Below are positions 1 through 14,196 of a stretch of 64,000 bases of DNA, one piece after another; the first letter of the stretch is position 1; each line of letters begins with the position of its first letter. The stretch comes from Octopus sinensis (lineage: Eukaryota), in NCBI RefSeq assembly GCF_006345805.1, contig NC_043013.1, positions 36,208,001-36,272,000 on the forward strand. Reading direction: 5' to 3'. Both the position numbers and the translations under genes were made by a program. The notes below the pieces were generated by a model, which worked only from the letters and a program-made list of their open reading frames with translations, did not search any database and had not been told where the DNA came from.

Positions 1-61
1 ATGGCTGTGGAATAGTATTATAATAATCCTTTTGATATATATATATATATATATATTTATA

Positions 62-186
62 GGATGGGCTTCTTTAAGTTTCTGTCTACCAAATCCACTC
101 ACAAAGTCTTGGTCAGTCCAGGGCCATCATAGAAGGATCTGAATGCAAAATCATGTGATTGGGAAGCAAGCTTCTTACCACACAGC
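62..186 (-). mobile_element. SINE family A, 5' (tRNA/CORE-like) half, degenerate
   Basis: Matches the family-A head seen elsewhere (GGGCTTCTTT..GTTTC..CTACCAAATCCACTCACAA..CTTACCACACAGC on +). Confidence 0.75.
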
Positions 187-525
187 AATGCAGAGAAAAA
201 TAGTGGAAAGAAATGATAAAGAACAAGGGGAGGGTGAAATATAAGAAAGACAAGACAACCAACAGCAACAAATATGCATATATATGTATGCAAGTGTGTG
301 TATACATGCATATATATATATACATACATATGTATATATATATATATGAATTTGTGATTAGTATTGAATAGCTAATTCATTATTAATGCAGTAAAATGTA
401 TTAGAAGACATACAAATAATGATACAAATATATAACATACACAGTACAACATATATAATCCATACATACAGAGACAGCTGAAAGTGGAGTTGAGTTTCTT
501 TATCGACATTATAAAACCAATTATG

Positions 526-596
<71 letters not shown>

Positions 597-1173
597 TGTT
601 AGTGGTTGTGATGATAGTGGTGATGGCAGTGACTATAACACAAACACACACACACATATATTAATCTCACTGTGTATATATATGTGTGTATGTTAATACG
701 TACACATATACATATATATTTATACATACACACTCATATGTACACATGCACAAACACACAAACACCCACTCACACACATACGCACACATATATAGAGAGA
801 GAGTGAGATGGATAGACAGATATGTGAATGCTTCGTTAATTATGAATTAACAGCTAAGGTTTTAGATATAACTGATTTAAGACATTTGCAAGCATTAATT
901 GAAGACAGAAATAAAATGAATAGGCACTCTCATAGAATATGGAACCTCAGCTTACCATATTCCAAGTGACCCTGTTAGTGATTGCACCAAAGAAAGCCTG
1001 AAATATCTTCTTGACTTCATAATTGTTATATTTATATAACCCAAAAGTTCTTCCACAGAACACCACACCACACCACTAATTGATATGTTAGTTACGTTTC
1101 TGGGTTCAAACCATACCAAAGTCAATTTTGTTTTTTATCCTTCCAGGCTTAACAAAATAAAGGACCAGTCAAA

Positions 1174-1542
1174 TACTCTTTTACTTGTTTCAGTCATGCT
1201 GGAGCACTTCCTTTAGTCGAGGAAATTGACCCCAGGACTTATTCTTTGTAAGCCTAGTACTTACTCCATCAGTTCTTTTGCCAAACCGCTAAGTTACAGG
1301 GACGTAAACACACCAGCATCGGTTGTCAAGCGATGTTGGAGGACAAACACAGACACACAAACACACACACACATATATATATATACATATACATATACAT
1401 ATATATAGCAGGCTTCTTTCAGTTTCCGTCAACCAAATCCACTCACAAGGCTTTGGGTTGGTCCGAGGCTATAGTAGAAGACACTGAACCCGGAACCATG
1501 TGGTTGGTAAACAAACTACTTACCACGCCACCACTCCTGCGC
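1174..1542 (-). mobile_element. SINE family A (tRNA-derived, two-domain, internal (TA/CA)n), with internal deletion
   Basis: TACTCTTTTACTTGTTTCAG tail through CTTACCAC head on +; lacks the ACTTGCCCAAGG..GGG segment present in other copies. Confidence 0.9.
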
Positions 1543-2026
1543 TTCAAGATTTCAATGACGATAATATATTTTTAGAATGACATTGTAGAGTAGGTGTGAG
1601 AGGCTAGTTCTAGCCAGTTAAAACATAAGACAGGTAGAATATTTGGGTAGGATACGACCAGTTTAAATGATAAATGGTTAAGGGTTGCAAGATGATGGGC
1701 TGGCAGAAATGCAAACGTGCTGGACTAAATTTCTAGTGGAATTTCATCCATCTTTGCATTCTGAGTTCTAATACCACTGAAGCTGATTTTGCTTTTCTTT
1801 CTTTTGGGTATAATTTGATTGACTTCCTGGCCCCTCACAATTTCTAGTCTTGTGCCAAAATAAGAAGGGATTACTTAAAAGTTAAAAGATGGCAGGCTGG
1901 GAGAATTATTAATGCAGCATTTCTTTCAGTTCTTTACATTCTGAGTTCAAATCATTTTGAGATCAACTTTACCTTTTAACCTTTCAAAGTCAAAACTGCT
2001 AGCCTTATGTCATAATTAGTAAGAAT

Positions 2027-2210
2027 TACCATATTTTAACCTGTATAAGGAACCCCTTTTTGTCAAAAATTAGATTTTAACAATATGGGAGTTTCTTATA
2101 CATGAATAGTATTAATATCCCTGACAAAACCTTTTTTTCCAAATTTTAAGACCCCAAAATTATGGGCATCTTTATACATGAGGATTCCTTATACAAGTTA
2201 AAATACAGTA
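2027..2210. mobile_element. MITE, Tc1/mariner/pogo-like, ~29-bp TIRs, TA flanks
   Basis: Left TACCATATTTTAACCTGTATAAGGAACCC versus reverse complement of right end TACTGTATTTTAACTTGTATAAGGAATCC. Confidence 0.75.
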
Positions 2211-2278
2211 ATTGAAAGGCAGTAGATTGCATTTATTGTAGCCTTACATGTTCGGGGGTTCAAATCTGGCTGAAATTA

Positions 2279-2700
2279 TTACTCTTACTCTTTTCTCTCT
2301 TTTATTTGTTTCAGTCATGTAACTGGCCATGCTGGAGCACTGCCTTTAGATGAGCAAATTGCCCCAGGACTTATTCTTCTAAGCCTAGTATTTATTCTAT
2401 TGGTGTCTTTTGCCAAACTGCTAAGTTATGGGGATGTAAACACACCAGCATCGGTTGTCAAGTGATGTTGGGGGGACAAACACAGACACACAAACATATA
2501 CACACACATACATACATAATACATATATATATACTTATATACGATGGGCTTCTTTCAGTTTCCGTCTACCAAATCCACTCACAAGGCTTTGGTCAGCCCG
2601 AAGCTATAATAGAAGGCACTTGCCCAAGGTACCACGCAATGGGACTGAACCCGGAACCATGTGGTTTGTAAGCAAGCTACTTACCACACAGCCATTCCTA
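2279..2700 (-). mobile_element. SINE family A, full length
   Basis: Complete alignment to the other copies; A-box TGGCTGTGTGG and B-box GGTTCAGTCC on the minus strand. Confidence 0.92.
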
Positions 2701-2854
2701 TGCCTTATCTTCACTTTTCATTTTTGTTAGGACTTTAAAATAAAGAACCAACTAAATACTAAAGTTGACGGTTTTGACTCACATCCTTCCACTCAAAATA
2801 GCTCACCTTGTGTCCAAAAGTACAAACAGTTATTAAGGTGACAGTAGAGCAGTG

Positions 2855-3270
2855 TACTTGGCAGAGTCATTAGCACATCAAGCAAAATGCTTTATGGCAT
2901 TTTTAAAATCTTGATGTTCTCAGTTCAAATTCTGCCAAGGTCAACTTTGCCTTTCATCCTTTTGGGAGTTGATAAAATAAGTACCAGATGAGCACTTGGG
3001 TTGATGTAATCAACTTCCCCACCTCTCACAATTGGTGGTCATGCGACAAAAATTTGGAACCAAAATAACAGCAAAGCTGCTGAGTTGGTGAAATTTTAGA
3101 GCATCAGGAAAAATGTTTCACTGCTTTTCTTCAGTCTGTTGTGATTGTCTGTTTAAATATTGCTGGGGGCCAACTTTGCTTTTCATCCCTCTAGGGACCG
3201 ATAAAATGAATTATCAGTTAAGTACTGATGTTGGTCTAATTCACTAACATTCCCCAACGAAAATACTAGC
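2855..3270 (+). mobile_element. Two adjacent old copies of SINE family B
   Basis: TGGCAG..TTAGCA..TCTCAGTTCAAAT..CTTTGCCTTTCATCCTTT..GATAAAATAAGTACCAG motif occurs twice. Confidence 0.75.
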
Positions 3271-3444
3271 CTTTTTCGAAATCAATTTCAAATCTTGGCA
3301 CAAGGCTAGCAGTTTCGGAGAAAGGGGTTAAGTTGATGACATTGACCCAGTTCTCAGCTGGTACTTATTTTATTGACACTGGAAGGATGAAAACTAAAAT
3401 CAACCCCAAAAGTATTTGAGCTCAGAACATGAAGATTGACAAAA

Positions 3445-3634
3445 TAGGAGTAGGAGTGGCTGTGTGGTAAGTAGCTTGCTTACGAACCACGTGGTTCCAG
3501 TTTCAGTCCCACTGCATGGTACCTTGGGCAAGTGTCTTCTACTATAGCCTCGGGCTGACCAAGGCCTTGTGAGTGGATTTGGTAGACAGAAACTGAAAGA
3601 AGCCCATCGTATATATATATATGTGTGTGTGAGT

Positions 3635-3666
<32 letters not shown>

Positions 3667-3880
3667 GCGTTTGTGTGTCTGTTTTTGTCCTCCCAACATC
3701 GCTTGACAACCAATGCTGGTGTGTTTATGTCCCCGTAACTTAGCAGTTCGGCAAAAGAGACCGATAGAATAAGAACTAGGCTTACAAAAAATAAGTCCTG
3801 GGGTCAATTTGCTCGACTAAAGGTGGTGCTCCAGCATGGCCACAGTCAAATGGCTTACCAAGAAACAAGTAAAAGAGTAA
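3445..3880 (+). mobile_element. SINE family A, full length, plus orientation
   Basis: GGAGTGGCTGTGTGGTAAG (A box)..GGTTCCAGTTTCAGTCCC (B box)..ACCTTGGGCAAGT (CORE-like)..(TA)(TG)n..second domain..AAACAAGTAAAAGAGTAA tail. Confidence 0.92.
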
Positions 3881-4767
3881 AATACTGCCAAGCTTTTTTG
3901 TCCAGGATGCTAACAATTCTACCAGCTTATCACCCTTATGTCTGGTCCCTAAATTAAAACCCATTATTAAAGTGACAGCACCTAGTTCAGGTAAACAAAT
4001 CCAAATTTCTAATACTCCAAGTTCTCAGTCATTTTTTGAAAAAAAATTTATTATTGTTATTTCTTTCACAAGAATTTTTCCATTGTCTTATTTTCATCTT
4101 TTTTTTTTTGTTGCTGTTTTTTTTTCTCTTTCTCTCTCTTTTTCTTTTCATTCTCTGTCTTATTTACTTAAATCACTGAATAGTCTCTTTGTTTATCATC
4201 TTGAACTATTTCGTTTCGCATCACTTGTTATACCCTTTCACCCCAGTCTATTTATTTTGGGGAGTTTTTAGCTTTTACTGAGTAAATAAGATTTTCTTTT
4301 GTATATTTAAGATAATGTCCAATTTTGCCAGTTTCTTTTTACATTTTTTTTCATTTTGTTAATATTTTTGCCATTTCAATTTGAATTTATTTTCTTTGTC
4401 AATGTGTTTATATATTTTTTCCTCTCTCCAGAATGGATCTAATCTATTCTTCTGTTATTTCTATCATCTTCTTCGGCTATTCCATGGACTATTGCACAAA
4501 TTAACTGATATATCTCACTAATTTATATTTTATCCTGTTTTTGTGAGTATGTAGATGTTGTTTTCTCAAATTCCAGTTTCGTATCTTCTATCTTTTCTCC
4601 TAATTCCAAGAAGATTACAACCATTGGTGTTTCTTGGTGTCAAAGAGTATTTTCTTTTTATAATTGGGGAGACAAAATTGGTAGAGCATAAAAAAAAAAT
4701 GGTGGATTTTGTGATATCTCCCACCCCAAGTTTTGTGCTGTTAAAACACATTGAAGTAAATTTTGCC

Positions 4768-4998
4768 TTAACCCTACGCTATTCAGATTACTCTGTCAAA
4801 TATGCTTATTTATTTGCATTTTTAAAAATTCAAACTGTATTATCTCTTAGCTTGGAGATTTCGAAGATGTAATTGTTTATTTTTAGAATGACATTGTAAG
4901 GCAAGTGTGAGAGGCTGGATATGGCCTAATACAATTTGAACATAAAACAGGTAAAATATTAGGGTCAAGTTTGGCTACTTTAAATGCAAAAGGGTTAA
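4768..4998. mobile_element. piggyBac-type MITE (TTAA|CCC...GGG|TTAA)
   Basis: TTAACCCTACGCTATT...AATGCAAAAGGGTTAA; a partial related copy lies at ~1545-1682. Confidence 0.75.
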
Positions 4999-5334
4999 AC
5001 TGTTTTAGGGTAAACCAACTTAAATACGAGTCACATATTAGGATCAATATAATTGACTGTTCTTTCTGTGGGCCTTTACTGTAATGGTACAGAGAGCTCC
5101 GCTGGAATTTGAGAGGTACAGTGTTCAGTTTACTGTGACAGCTTGTTGGCCACTCTTTTAAGAAGGTGGCAAGTTGGCAGGAATGTTAGCAATTTGGGCA
5201 AAACACTTAGCAGCATTTTGTCTGTCTTTACATTCTGAGTTCAAATTCCTCAAAGAATAAATATTTATATTTATAAAGGTATATATATATATATTATATA
5301 TATATATACCTTTGGTAATATGCTGTGCTTGAGA

Positions 5335-5522
5335 AAACCTGTCAAACCAAGTGAAATCGTAGTCATGGCTGATACTGATGTCACGTAAAGACGTCCATTA
5401 CACACTTGGAGATGTTGGCATTAGGAAGGGCATCCAGCTGTGGAAAAACCATGCCAAATCAGACTTGAGCCTGGTGCAGCCTTCCAACTTGTCAGCCCTG
5501 GTTAAACCGTCCAACATATGCC
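5335..5522 (+). mobile_element. 3' UTR fragment of an RTE-type LINE or RTE-tailed SINE
   Basis: TTGGCATTAGGAAGGGCATCCAGCTGT..AATCAGACT..GCCTGGTGCAGCCT..AACCGTCCAAC, as at 14197-14780 (-), 52005-52130 (-) and 53040-53195 (+). Confidence 0.7.
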
Positions 5523-5934
5523 ACCATGTACAACACCACCACCTCCACCACAACCACTATCACCACCACCAACACTGCTGCCACCACCACAACCACTGCC
5601 GCTGCCGCCGCCACCACCGCCACCACCACCACCGCCACTACCGCCACTCCTATTATTATTACTTAGTATGATTAACACTGTCCCATTGTGTGCCATGTGC
5701 CCTAATCTTGTGATTCTCTTGAAATCAATTTACTCTTTTGTAAATTTCTACCTCTCTAATTAGTTTTTAATTTCTTACTTTGCTTCATTTTACAACTATC
5801 ACTTTCTTTTAATTATCTCTGTCCCTTGATATGCAAGAGATAGAATCAAAATATTCTCTACATCACATTCAATAAGAAAATGTAATTTTCAACGACAAAG
5901 TAGTGAAAAGTAAACCAACTTCATACCATCACAA

Positions 5935-5936
5935 TC

Positions 5937-5990
<54 letters not shown>

Positions 5991-6008
5991 TTAATAATAA
6001 TAATGATG

Positions 6009-6055
<47 letters not shown>

Positions 6056-6145
6056 GATAATAATAGTTATAATAATAATAATATAATAATAATAATAATA
6101 ATAATAATGATAATAATAATAGTAATAATAATAATAATAGTAATG

Positions 6146-6209
<64 letters not shown>

Positions 6210-6210
6210 C
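5935..6210. repeat. Compound (AAT)n microsatellite
   Basis: Direct inspection; source of the poly-N/poly-I/poly-Y ORFs. Confidence 0.97.
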
Positions 6211-6224
6211 AACAAACATAGTGT

Positions 6225-6750
6225 TCCTTTCTGCTAAAGGCACAAGGCCTGAAATTTGTGGGGAGGGGACTAGTTGATTTCATCAGCCCAAGTGCTCAAC
6301 TGGTACTTAATTTATCATCCCCAAAAGGATGAGCGGCAAAGTCGACTTCAGCTGAATGTGAACTCAGAATGTAACGATGAGCAAAATACTGCTGAGCGTT
6401 TCATCCAGCACACTAAGGATTCTGCCAGCTCACTGCTTTAGTAATAATAATAATAATGATGATGACGATGATGATGAAGATGATGATGATGATGATGATG
6501 ATGATGATAATGATGGCGACGACAATGACGATGATCCCTTCTGCTATAGGCACAAGACCTGAAATTTTGCAGAAGAGTACAAGTCAAATAATGTCAACTC
6601 CAGTACTCGACAAATATTCATTTTATTGACTCCAAACGAAAGAAAAGCAAAGTCAATCATGGTGGAATTTCAACTCAGAACATACTGACAAACAAAATGC
6701 CACTAAGCATCTTATCTGGCGAGCTAACAATTCTGCCAGCTTACCACCTT
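6225..6750 (-). mobile_element. Two SINE family B copies (6225-6440, 6537-6750) separated by (AAT)/(GAT)n
   Basis: CCTTTCTGCTA..GGCACAAGGCCTGAAATTT tail, ..GGATGA..GGCAAAGTCGAC..TGAACTCAGAA body and ..TTCTGCCAGCT head on +. Confidence 0.85.
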
Positions 6751-6783
6751 AATAATGATGATGATGATGACGATGATTTCTTT

Positions 6784-6848
<65 letters not shown>

Positions 6849-7470
6849 TGATGATGATGATAACAACAGCAGTAATAATGAATATGATCAGAATGCTTTG
6901 TTGTGGTTTGGTCAAACTGAAGGAGCAGGCAGGAAGTAGTGTAGGTGACCTTTGCAGGATCTTTGAGTGTTTTTGAACAAGAAAGAAATGAATTAACCAT
7001 TATTTATGGGCTGCTGCAATAAGAAGCAGACCATGAAGATCTTGGATTATTCTCAGAACTGTGGCAGTGAGATGAGCAGGTGATGGGTGTTGTACTGGGA
7101 GACGGGTTAAGTCTTTTAATTTGTAACCTTCTCGTTTGTATCAATGCTAATTTATAGCACAAGCAACAACAATGGTTAAAGCGATGAAAATGCTAACAGG
7201 AACAAAAAAACAAAAACTGTTTCAGTCAGACATCAACACAAAAAACATCAACAACAACAACTGCAATATCACAGCTGTAGTACCGGATGTATTATGTAAG
7301 ACTGTCTGTGGTTCCAGCATCTAATGGAAATATGTAGCAGGTAAATTTGTACCCTATTTACCATTATGAAAATTAAAGTACTCAGCATAATTATAGTCCC
7401 TAACGAATATTGGTGAACCTATGATACCGGTGTTAAAAGTGGTATTGGTGTTAACAGTGATGATAAAAAA

Positions 7471-7514
<44 letters not shown>

Positions 7515-7523
7515 CTATGCTGT

Positions 7524-8752
7524 AGTTGGCCCGAGGCTATTGTAGAAGACACTTGCCCCTGGTGCTACACAGTGGGATTGAACCTGGGTGGAAAGCAGAA
7601 TTCTTACCACACAGCCACTCCTGTGCCTATAAACACACACACACATATACGATGGGCTTCTTTCAGTTTCCTTCTACCAAATCTACTCGCAAGGCTTTAG
7701 TTGGCCCGAGGCTATAATAGAAGACACTTGCCCCTGGTGCCACACAGTGGGACTGAACCTGGAACCATTTGAGTGGAAAGCAGAATTCTTACCGCACAGC
7801 CACTCCTGTGCCTACACACACACACACACACGCACACACACATACGACAGGCTTCTTTCAGTTTCCTTCTACCAAATCTACCTGCAAGGCTGTAGTTGGC
7901 CCAAGGCTATAGTAGAAGACACTTGCCTCTGGTGGGATTGAACCTGGGTGGAAGGCAGAATTCTTATCGCACAGCCACTCCTGTGCCTACACACACACAC
8001 ACACACGTACATATACGATGGACTTCTTTCAGTTTCCTTCTACCAAATCTACTTGCAAGGCTTTAGTTGGCCTGAGGCTATAGTGGAAAACACTTGCCCC
8101 TGGTGCCACACAGTGGGACTGAACCTGGAACCATTTGGGTGGAAGGCAGAATTCTTATCGCACAGTCACTCCTGTGCCTACACACACACACACACACGTA
8201 CATATACGATGGACTTCTTTCAGTTTCCTTCTACCAAATCTACTTGCAAGGCTTTAGTTGGCCTGAGGCTATAGTGGAAAACACTTGCCCCTGGTGCCAC
8301 ACAGTGGGACTGAACCTGGAACCATTTGGGTGGAAGGCAGAATTCTTATCGCACAGTCACTCCTGTGCCTACACACACACACACACACGTACATATACGA
8401 TGGGCTTCTTTCAGTTTCCTTCTACCAAATCTACTTGCAAGGCTTTAGTTGGCCTGAGGCTATAGTGGAAAACACTTGCCCCTGGTGCCACACAGTGGGA
8501 CTGAACCTGGAACCATTTGGGTGGAAGGCAGAATTCTTACCACACAGCCACTCCTGTGCCTACACACATACACACACACGTACATATACGATGGGCTTCT
8601 TTCAGTTTCCTTCTACCAAATCTACTTGCAAGGCTTTAGTTGGCCTGAGGCTATAGTGGAAAACACTTGCCCCTGGTGCCACACAGTGGGACTGAACCTG
8701 GAACCATTTGGGTGGAAGGCAGAATTCTTATCGCACAGCCACTCCTGTGCCT
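7524..8752 (-). repeat. Tandem array of ~7 SINE-A 5' halves, ~191-bp period
   Basis: Unit GTTGGCCTGAGGCTATAG..CACAGTGGGACTGAACCTGG..CACTCCTGTGCCTA(CA)n..GGCTTTA; ORF starts 8094/8285/8476 give period 191; two units carry deletions. Confidence 0.95.
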
Positions 8753-9544
8753 ATACACATACACACACACATACACACACATGTATTGATTTACAGCACC
8801 TGTTGCTGGTGCTGTAATACTATTATTAACTTTGTTCTTGTTGATGTAATTTTGCTATTTTTATTATTGTTGTTATTGTTATTATTGTTGTTGTTGTTGG
8901 CACCACGTTAATGTTGTAATGTTATAGTGCATTATTTGTCACATGACATTGTTCCTGCAGTTGTTGTTGTTGTTGCTATAATTGTAAAAATTAGTTGCTG
9001 ATGGTGTTAGCTGGTCCCTGTGGCTTATTATGCTGTAGTTGTAACTGATCGGAGGGCGGGGGCATACTTGAAGGTCCATGATTGCTGCTGTTGCTGCCGC
9101 TGCTGTGGATGAAGATGTTCCTGTTGGTATTGAATATGAGATTTTTTTTTTTAATTTTATTTTTGTCTTTATATTTACCACAAATTCTTTCTTTGCTGTG
9201 ACCTCTTCTAAAAGATGTCAGGAATTATCCCTCAGCTACGGAATAGGGAAAATGTGATGCTAAAAACTAAAAACAAAAAAAACCTAACACCCAAAACAAA
9301 AACAAAGGAAAAAATAATGGTAAGAAGAAGAAGACTGTGGGATGACGGGGTGGGGTACAGTGTGTTAATGACAAAAACAAAAAAACCCAACAAAACAACA
9401 ATTAAGTAGATGAATAAAAATATAAAACAAAAAAAAAACAAACCCACAATGAAAAGTAAAAGTGAAAGAGAATAACATTGGCCCTCCCCTAAAAATAGAA
9501 GTTAAATTTATAAAACATAAAGGACTCAAAATTTATAAGGGAAG

Positions 9545-9546
9545 AA

Positions 9547-9602
<56 letters not shown>

Positions 9603-9941
9603 TAATGTTAATAATAATAATAAGAATAATAAGAATAATAAAAAAAAGAGTAATAGTAATATTAATAATGATGATGATAATGATAATAATAATAATGATA
9701 ATGATGATAATAATAATGATAATAATAATGATGATGATGATGCTCATGATGATAATGATAATAATAATAATGATAATGATGATAATAATAATGATAATGA
9801 TGATGATAATAATAATATAATAATAATAATAACAATAATAATAATAATAATAATAAAAAGAAAATAAAAAAAAGTAAAAGATAGTACTGGGTCAGCATGG
9901 AGCAAGAAGATGATACAATAATAACAATAACAACAAACAGC

Positions 9942-9986
<45 letters not shown>

Positions 9987-9990
9987 TTTT
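9545..9990. repeat. Compound (AAT)/(GAT)n tract
   Basis: Direct inspection. Confidence 0.95.
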
Positions 9991-10307
9991 CTTAAGAAAG
10001 TGATAGACAGAATATACAGAGAAAAGATGAGAGAAAGAGAGAGAGGTGGGGGCATGGAAGTTGACGTGATGGTGATGGTGGTGGTGGTTGGTGGTTGGTG
10101 GTGCTGGTGAAAGAATGATGGAAGAAATCTTCAGGAAAAACCAATTGAGTCATTTCCTTTTACATGCAGTATTTAATTGTTTTGGACATGAGCCAGAATT
10201 CTCTAGAAATAACGTTAAATTATTAACTTCATTGACAAAACGCCATTTCGTGATTAGAGGGGCCAACTGGTGAGCAAAGACGATGAGGAGAAGAAGAAGA
10301 AGAAGGA

Positions 10308-10339
<32 letters not shown>

Positions 10340-10511
10340 AGGGTCTGTGGAAAATCATTTGGTGTTTTGTGATGATAGTGGTGGTCTTGGTGGCAGCGGT
10401 GGAGATGGTGGTAGTAGTGGTAATCTTGATGGTCTTGACATTTGTAGTGATGGCGTTGGTGGTGGTCATGTACTTTTTCTTTTGTTTTATATATTTTAGA
10501 TTTTGCCTTTA

Positions 10512-11560
<1,049 letters not shown>

Positions 11561-12002
11561 TATTTGTACTTATATCAGTTTACATTGAAGGAATAATAAA
11601 GCGAAAACAAGAAATGATGACTATAATAAAGATGAGAATAAGGGAGTGGTGGTGGTGGTGGTGGTGGTGGTTGTGGTGGTGGTGGTTGTGGTGGTGGTGG
11701 TAGAGCTGGGGCTGAAGTGGTGGGAAAGACGAAAGTTATATGCAACCGACTGGAAGTTAAGTGAACTAATGAAAATTGATTGAAAAACAGGGCAAATAAT
11801 GACATTTGGATATCTTCCCTAGCTTTAGAAGAAGAAATAGCAAATAGCCAGCTTAGACATTCTGATCATTTCTAAAGGACTAGAAAAGAGAACAATTTAA
11901 ATATGACCTAACTCTTCTAAAATTATCGTTGTATCACGCTTGAAAGCAATGTGACCCACATGTATAAAACGAAACTGAAGAGAAGAACAAAAACAAACAC
12001 AC

Positions 12003-12051
<49 letters not shown>

Positions 12052-12149
12052 ATTATATATATATATGTATATATATGTATGTATATATGAGAAGACCCAC
12101 CTTTAATCATGAACGACCATAGCATTGCACCTAGAAAGTTCTCTTCTGA

Positions 12150-12385
12150 AGGCGGTTACCTGGCAGAACCGTTAGCATGCCGAGTGAAGTACTTTGCGGT
12201 ATTTTGTCTGTCTTTACGTTCTGAGTTCAAATTCCGCCGAGGTCGACTTTGCCTTTCAACCTTTCGTGGTCGATAAATTAAGTACCAGTTATGCACTGGG
12301 GTCGATGTAATCGACTTAATCCCTTTGTCTGCCCTTGTTTGCCCCCTCTATGTTTAGCCCCTTGTGGGCAATAAAGAAATAAGAT
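12150..12385 (+). mobile_element. SINE family B, young full-length copy
   Basis: GGCGG..TGGCAGAACCGTTAGC (A box)..GAGTTCAAATTCC (B box)..GCCTTTCA.CCTTTCG.GGTCGATAAATTAAGTACCAG..GGGGTCGATGTAATCGAC..TAGCCCCTTGTGGGCAATAAAGAAATA; near-identical copy at 52142-52335. Confidence 0.93.
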
Positions 12386-12829
12386 AAGCAATGCCTACCA
12401 TGAATAAAATAGATCAACAGTAACATTTTATTTTTATGGCAAAATATGCATAGAATTCAATCAAATTATGAAGGCTACTCTGATTATTATGCATAAAATG
12501 CAAAATATTTTATTTTTTTGTAGATTAGGTAGGCATAATTCGCCCCTACCTTTTAATCTCAGTATTAAAGCTACACATAGTACTGCTGTTGTACACATGC
12601 TGCGTACATTCCTACAACAAAATTTTCATTATGCATTATAAAGGCAGCAGTAAATCTGCCTCCAATTCAGTCGTGTGCCAGTGTTTCACTTATATTTTGT
12701 ATGTTTTACTACGTCACCAACTGCCTACCCTAAGTAATTACTGATGGCATGTGCCTGACACAAGCATACATATAAGTGGTACTCCGCCGGTAATCCACTT
12801 AATCTGATCGATGGAATAACCTATCCATG

Positions 12830-13080
12830 AGCTTATTGTGCAAGTGGCTGAGCATTCCACAGACATGTGTACCCTTAGCAATCAGGGAGATTCAGTGTGA
12901 CACAGAATGTGACGAGGCTGGCCCTTATGAATTACAGGTACTACTCATTTTTGTCAGCTGAGTTGACTGGAGCAATGTGAAATAGAGTGCCTTGCTCAAG
13001 GACACATCACGTCACTGGGAATTGAACTCACGCCCTTGCAATCATGAGCTGAGTACTGTAACCACTAAGCTACATGCCTT
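12830..13080 (-). mobile_element. SINE family C (CORE-type tRNA SINE)
   Basis: Reverse complement of the copy at 51638-51960 (CTTGCTCAAGGACAC..GGGAATTGAACTCAC..ACCACTAAGC). Confidence 0.8.
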
Positions 13081-13994
13081 CGCATATGCATATAGGCACA
13101 CATCACACATATACATAAGCATGCATACGCCCACACACATATGCATGAATTCCTCACATACATGCACTCACACACACATGCATACATGCACACACACACA
13201 CACACAGACACCTGCACACACTCCCACACACACATGTACACACACACACGCGCGCGCGTGCACACACACACACATACACATACACACACAAACCAGACAG
13301 AAGAAACATTCAATGTCCATATATCACAGCATTGCGCTATCACCACCAATAATACCACAGCTGCTACCACTACTACTACTACTACTATTACTACTACTAA
13401 GGCCATCAACTTACAAGAACAACAACAACAACAACAACAACAACAGCAACAACAACAGAAGTAGCATTAACAAAACCAACAATATTCCAAGAATGGTCAA
13501 ATGGAATTAGGTCATACAACGGAGTTGATCTATTTGAGAGCCACAACAGGACACTGACCTAATTTAATTACTTCAAAAGATTATAGACAATCCCTTCCAG
13601 ATCATTAACTTTGACCTTAATCTTCCAAAATCTCTTGACATTTTCTAAACTATTTTCCGTAGACTGTATGTTAAATGGATACCTAATGTGGATTAGACTC
13701 TCCTGCTTGCTTAGTTTCCGGATTAGTTCAGGAAACGTTAAAGCAGCAGACAAAGTCATTTTGTTCAGACATCAAAAAGATTTTCCATGTTGAATCCAAT
13801 GGGAATTTATGGATGTCTTGCCATGTATCTATATTCGTATCTTTCTATCTCTTTCTCACTCATTCACTCTCTCTCTCCCCCCTCTCTCTCTCTCTCGCTC
13901 TTACTGTCTTTCTCATTCACTTACTCACACCTTCTCTGTTTCTGTCATTCTGTCCCTCACTCTCTATGTATATCTATACACACACACATATACC

Positions 13995-14109
<115 letters not shown>

Positions 14110-14196
14110 GTGTGTGTGTATATATATATATGTATATATATATATGTGTATGTGTATATATATATATATAAATGTATGTATAAATATATATATATA

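Noticed and set aside
3990-4760. A-rich minus-strand stretch resembling a decayed LINE ORF
   Set aside because: Many stops and no diagnostic RT or endonuclease motif identified.
8094-8817. Three near-identical 108-123-aa ORFs
   Set aside because: Antisense translations of the tandem SINE heads.
13568-13759. 63-aa protein-like ORF on minus
   Set aside because: No recognisable motif or splice context; length is within chance expectation.
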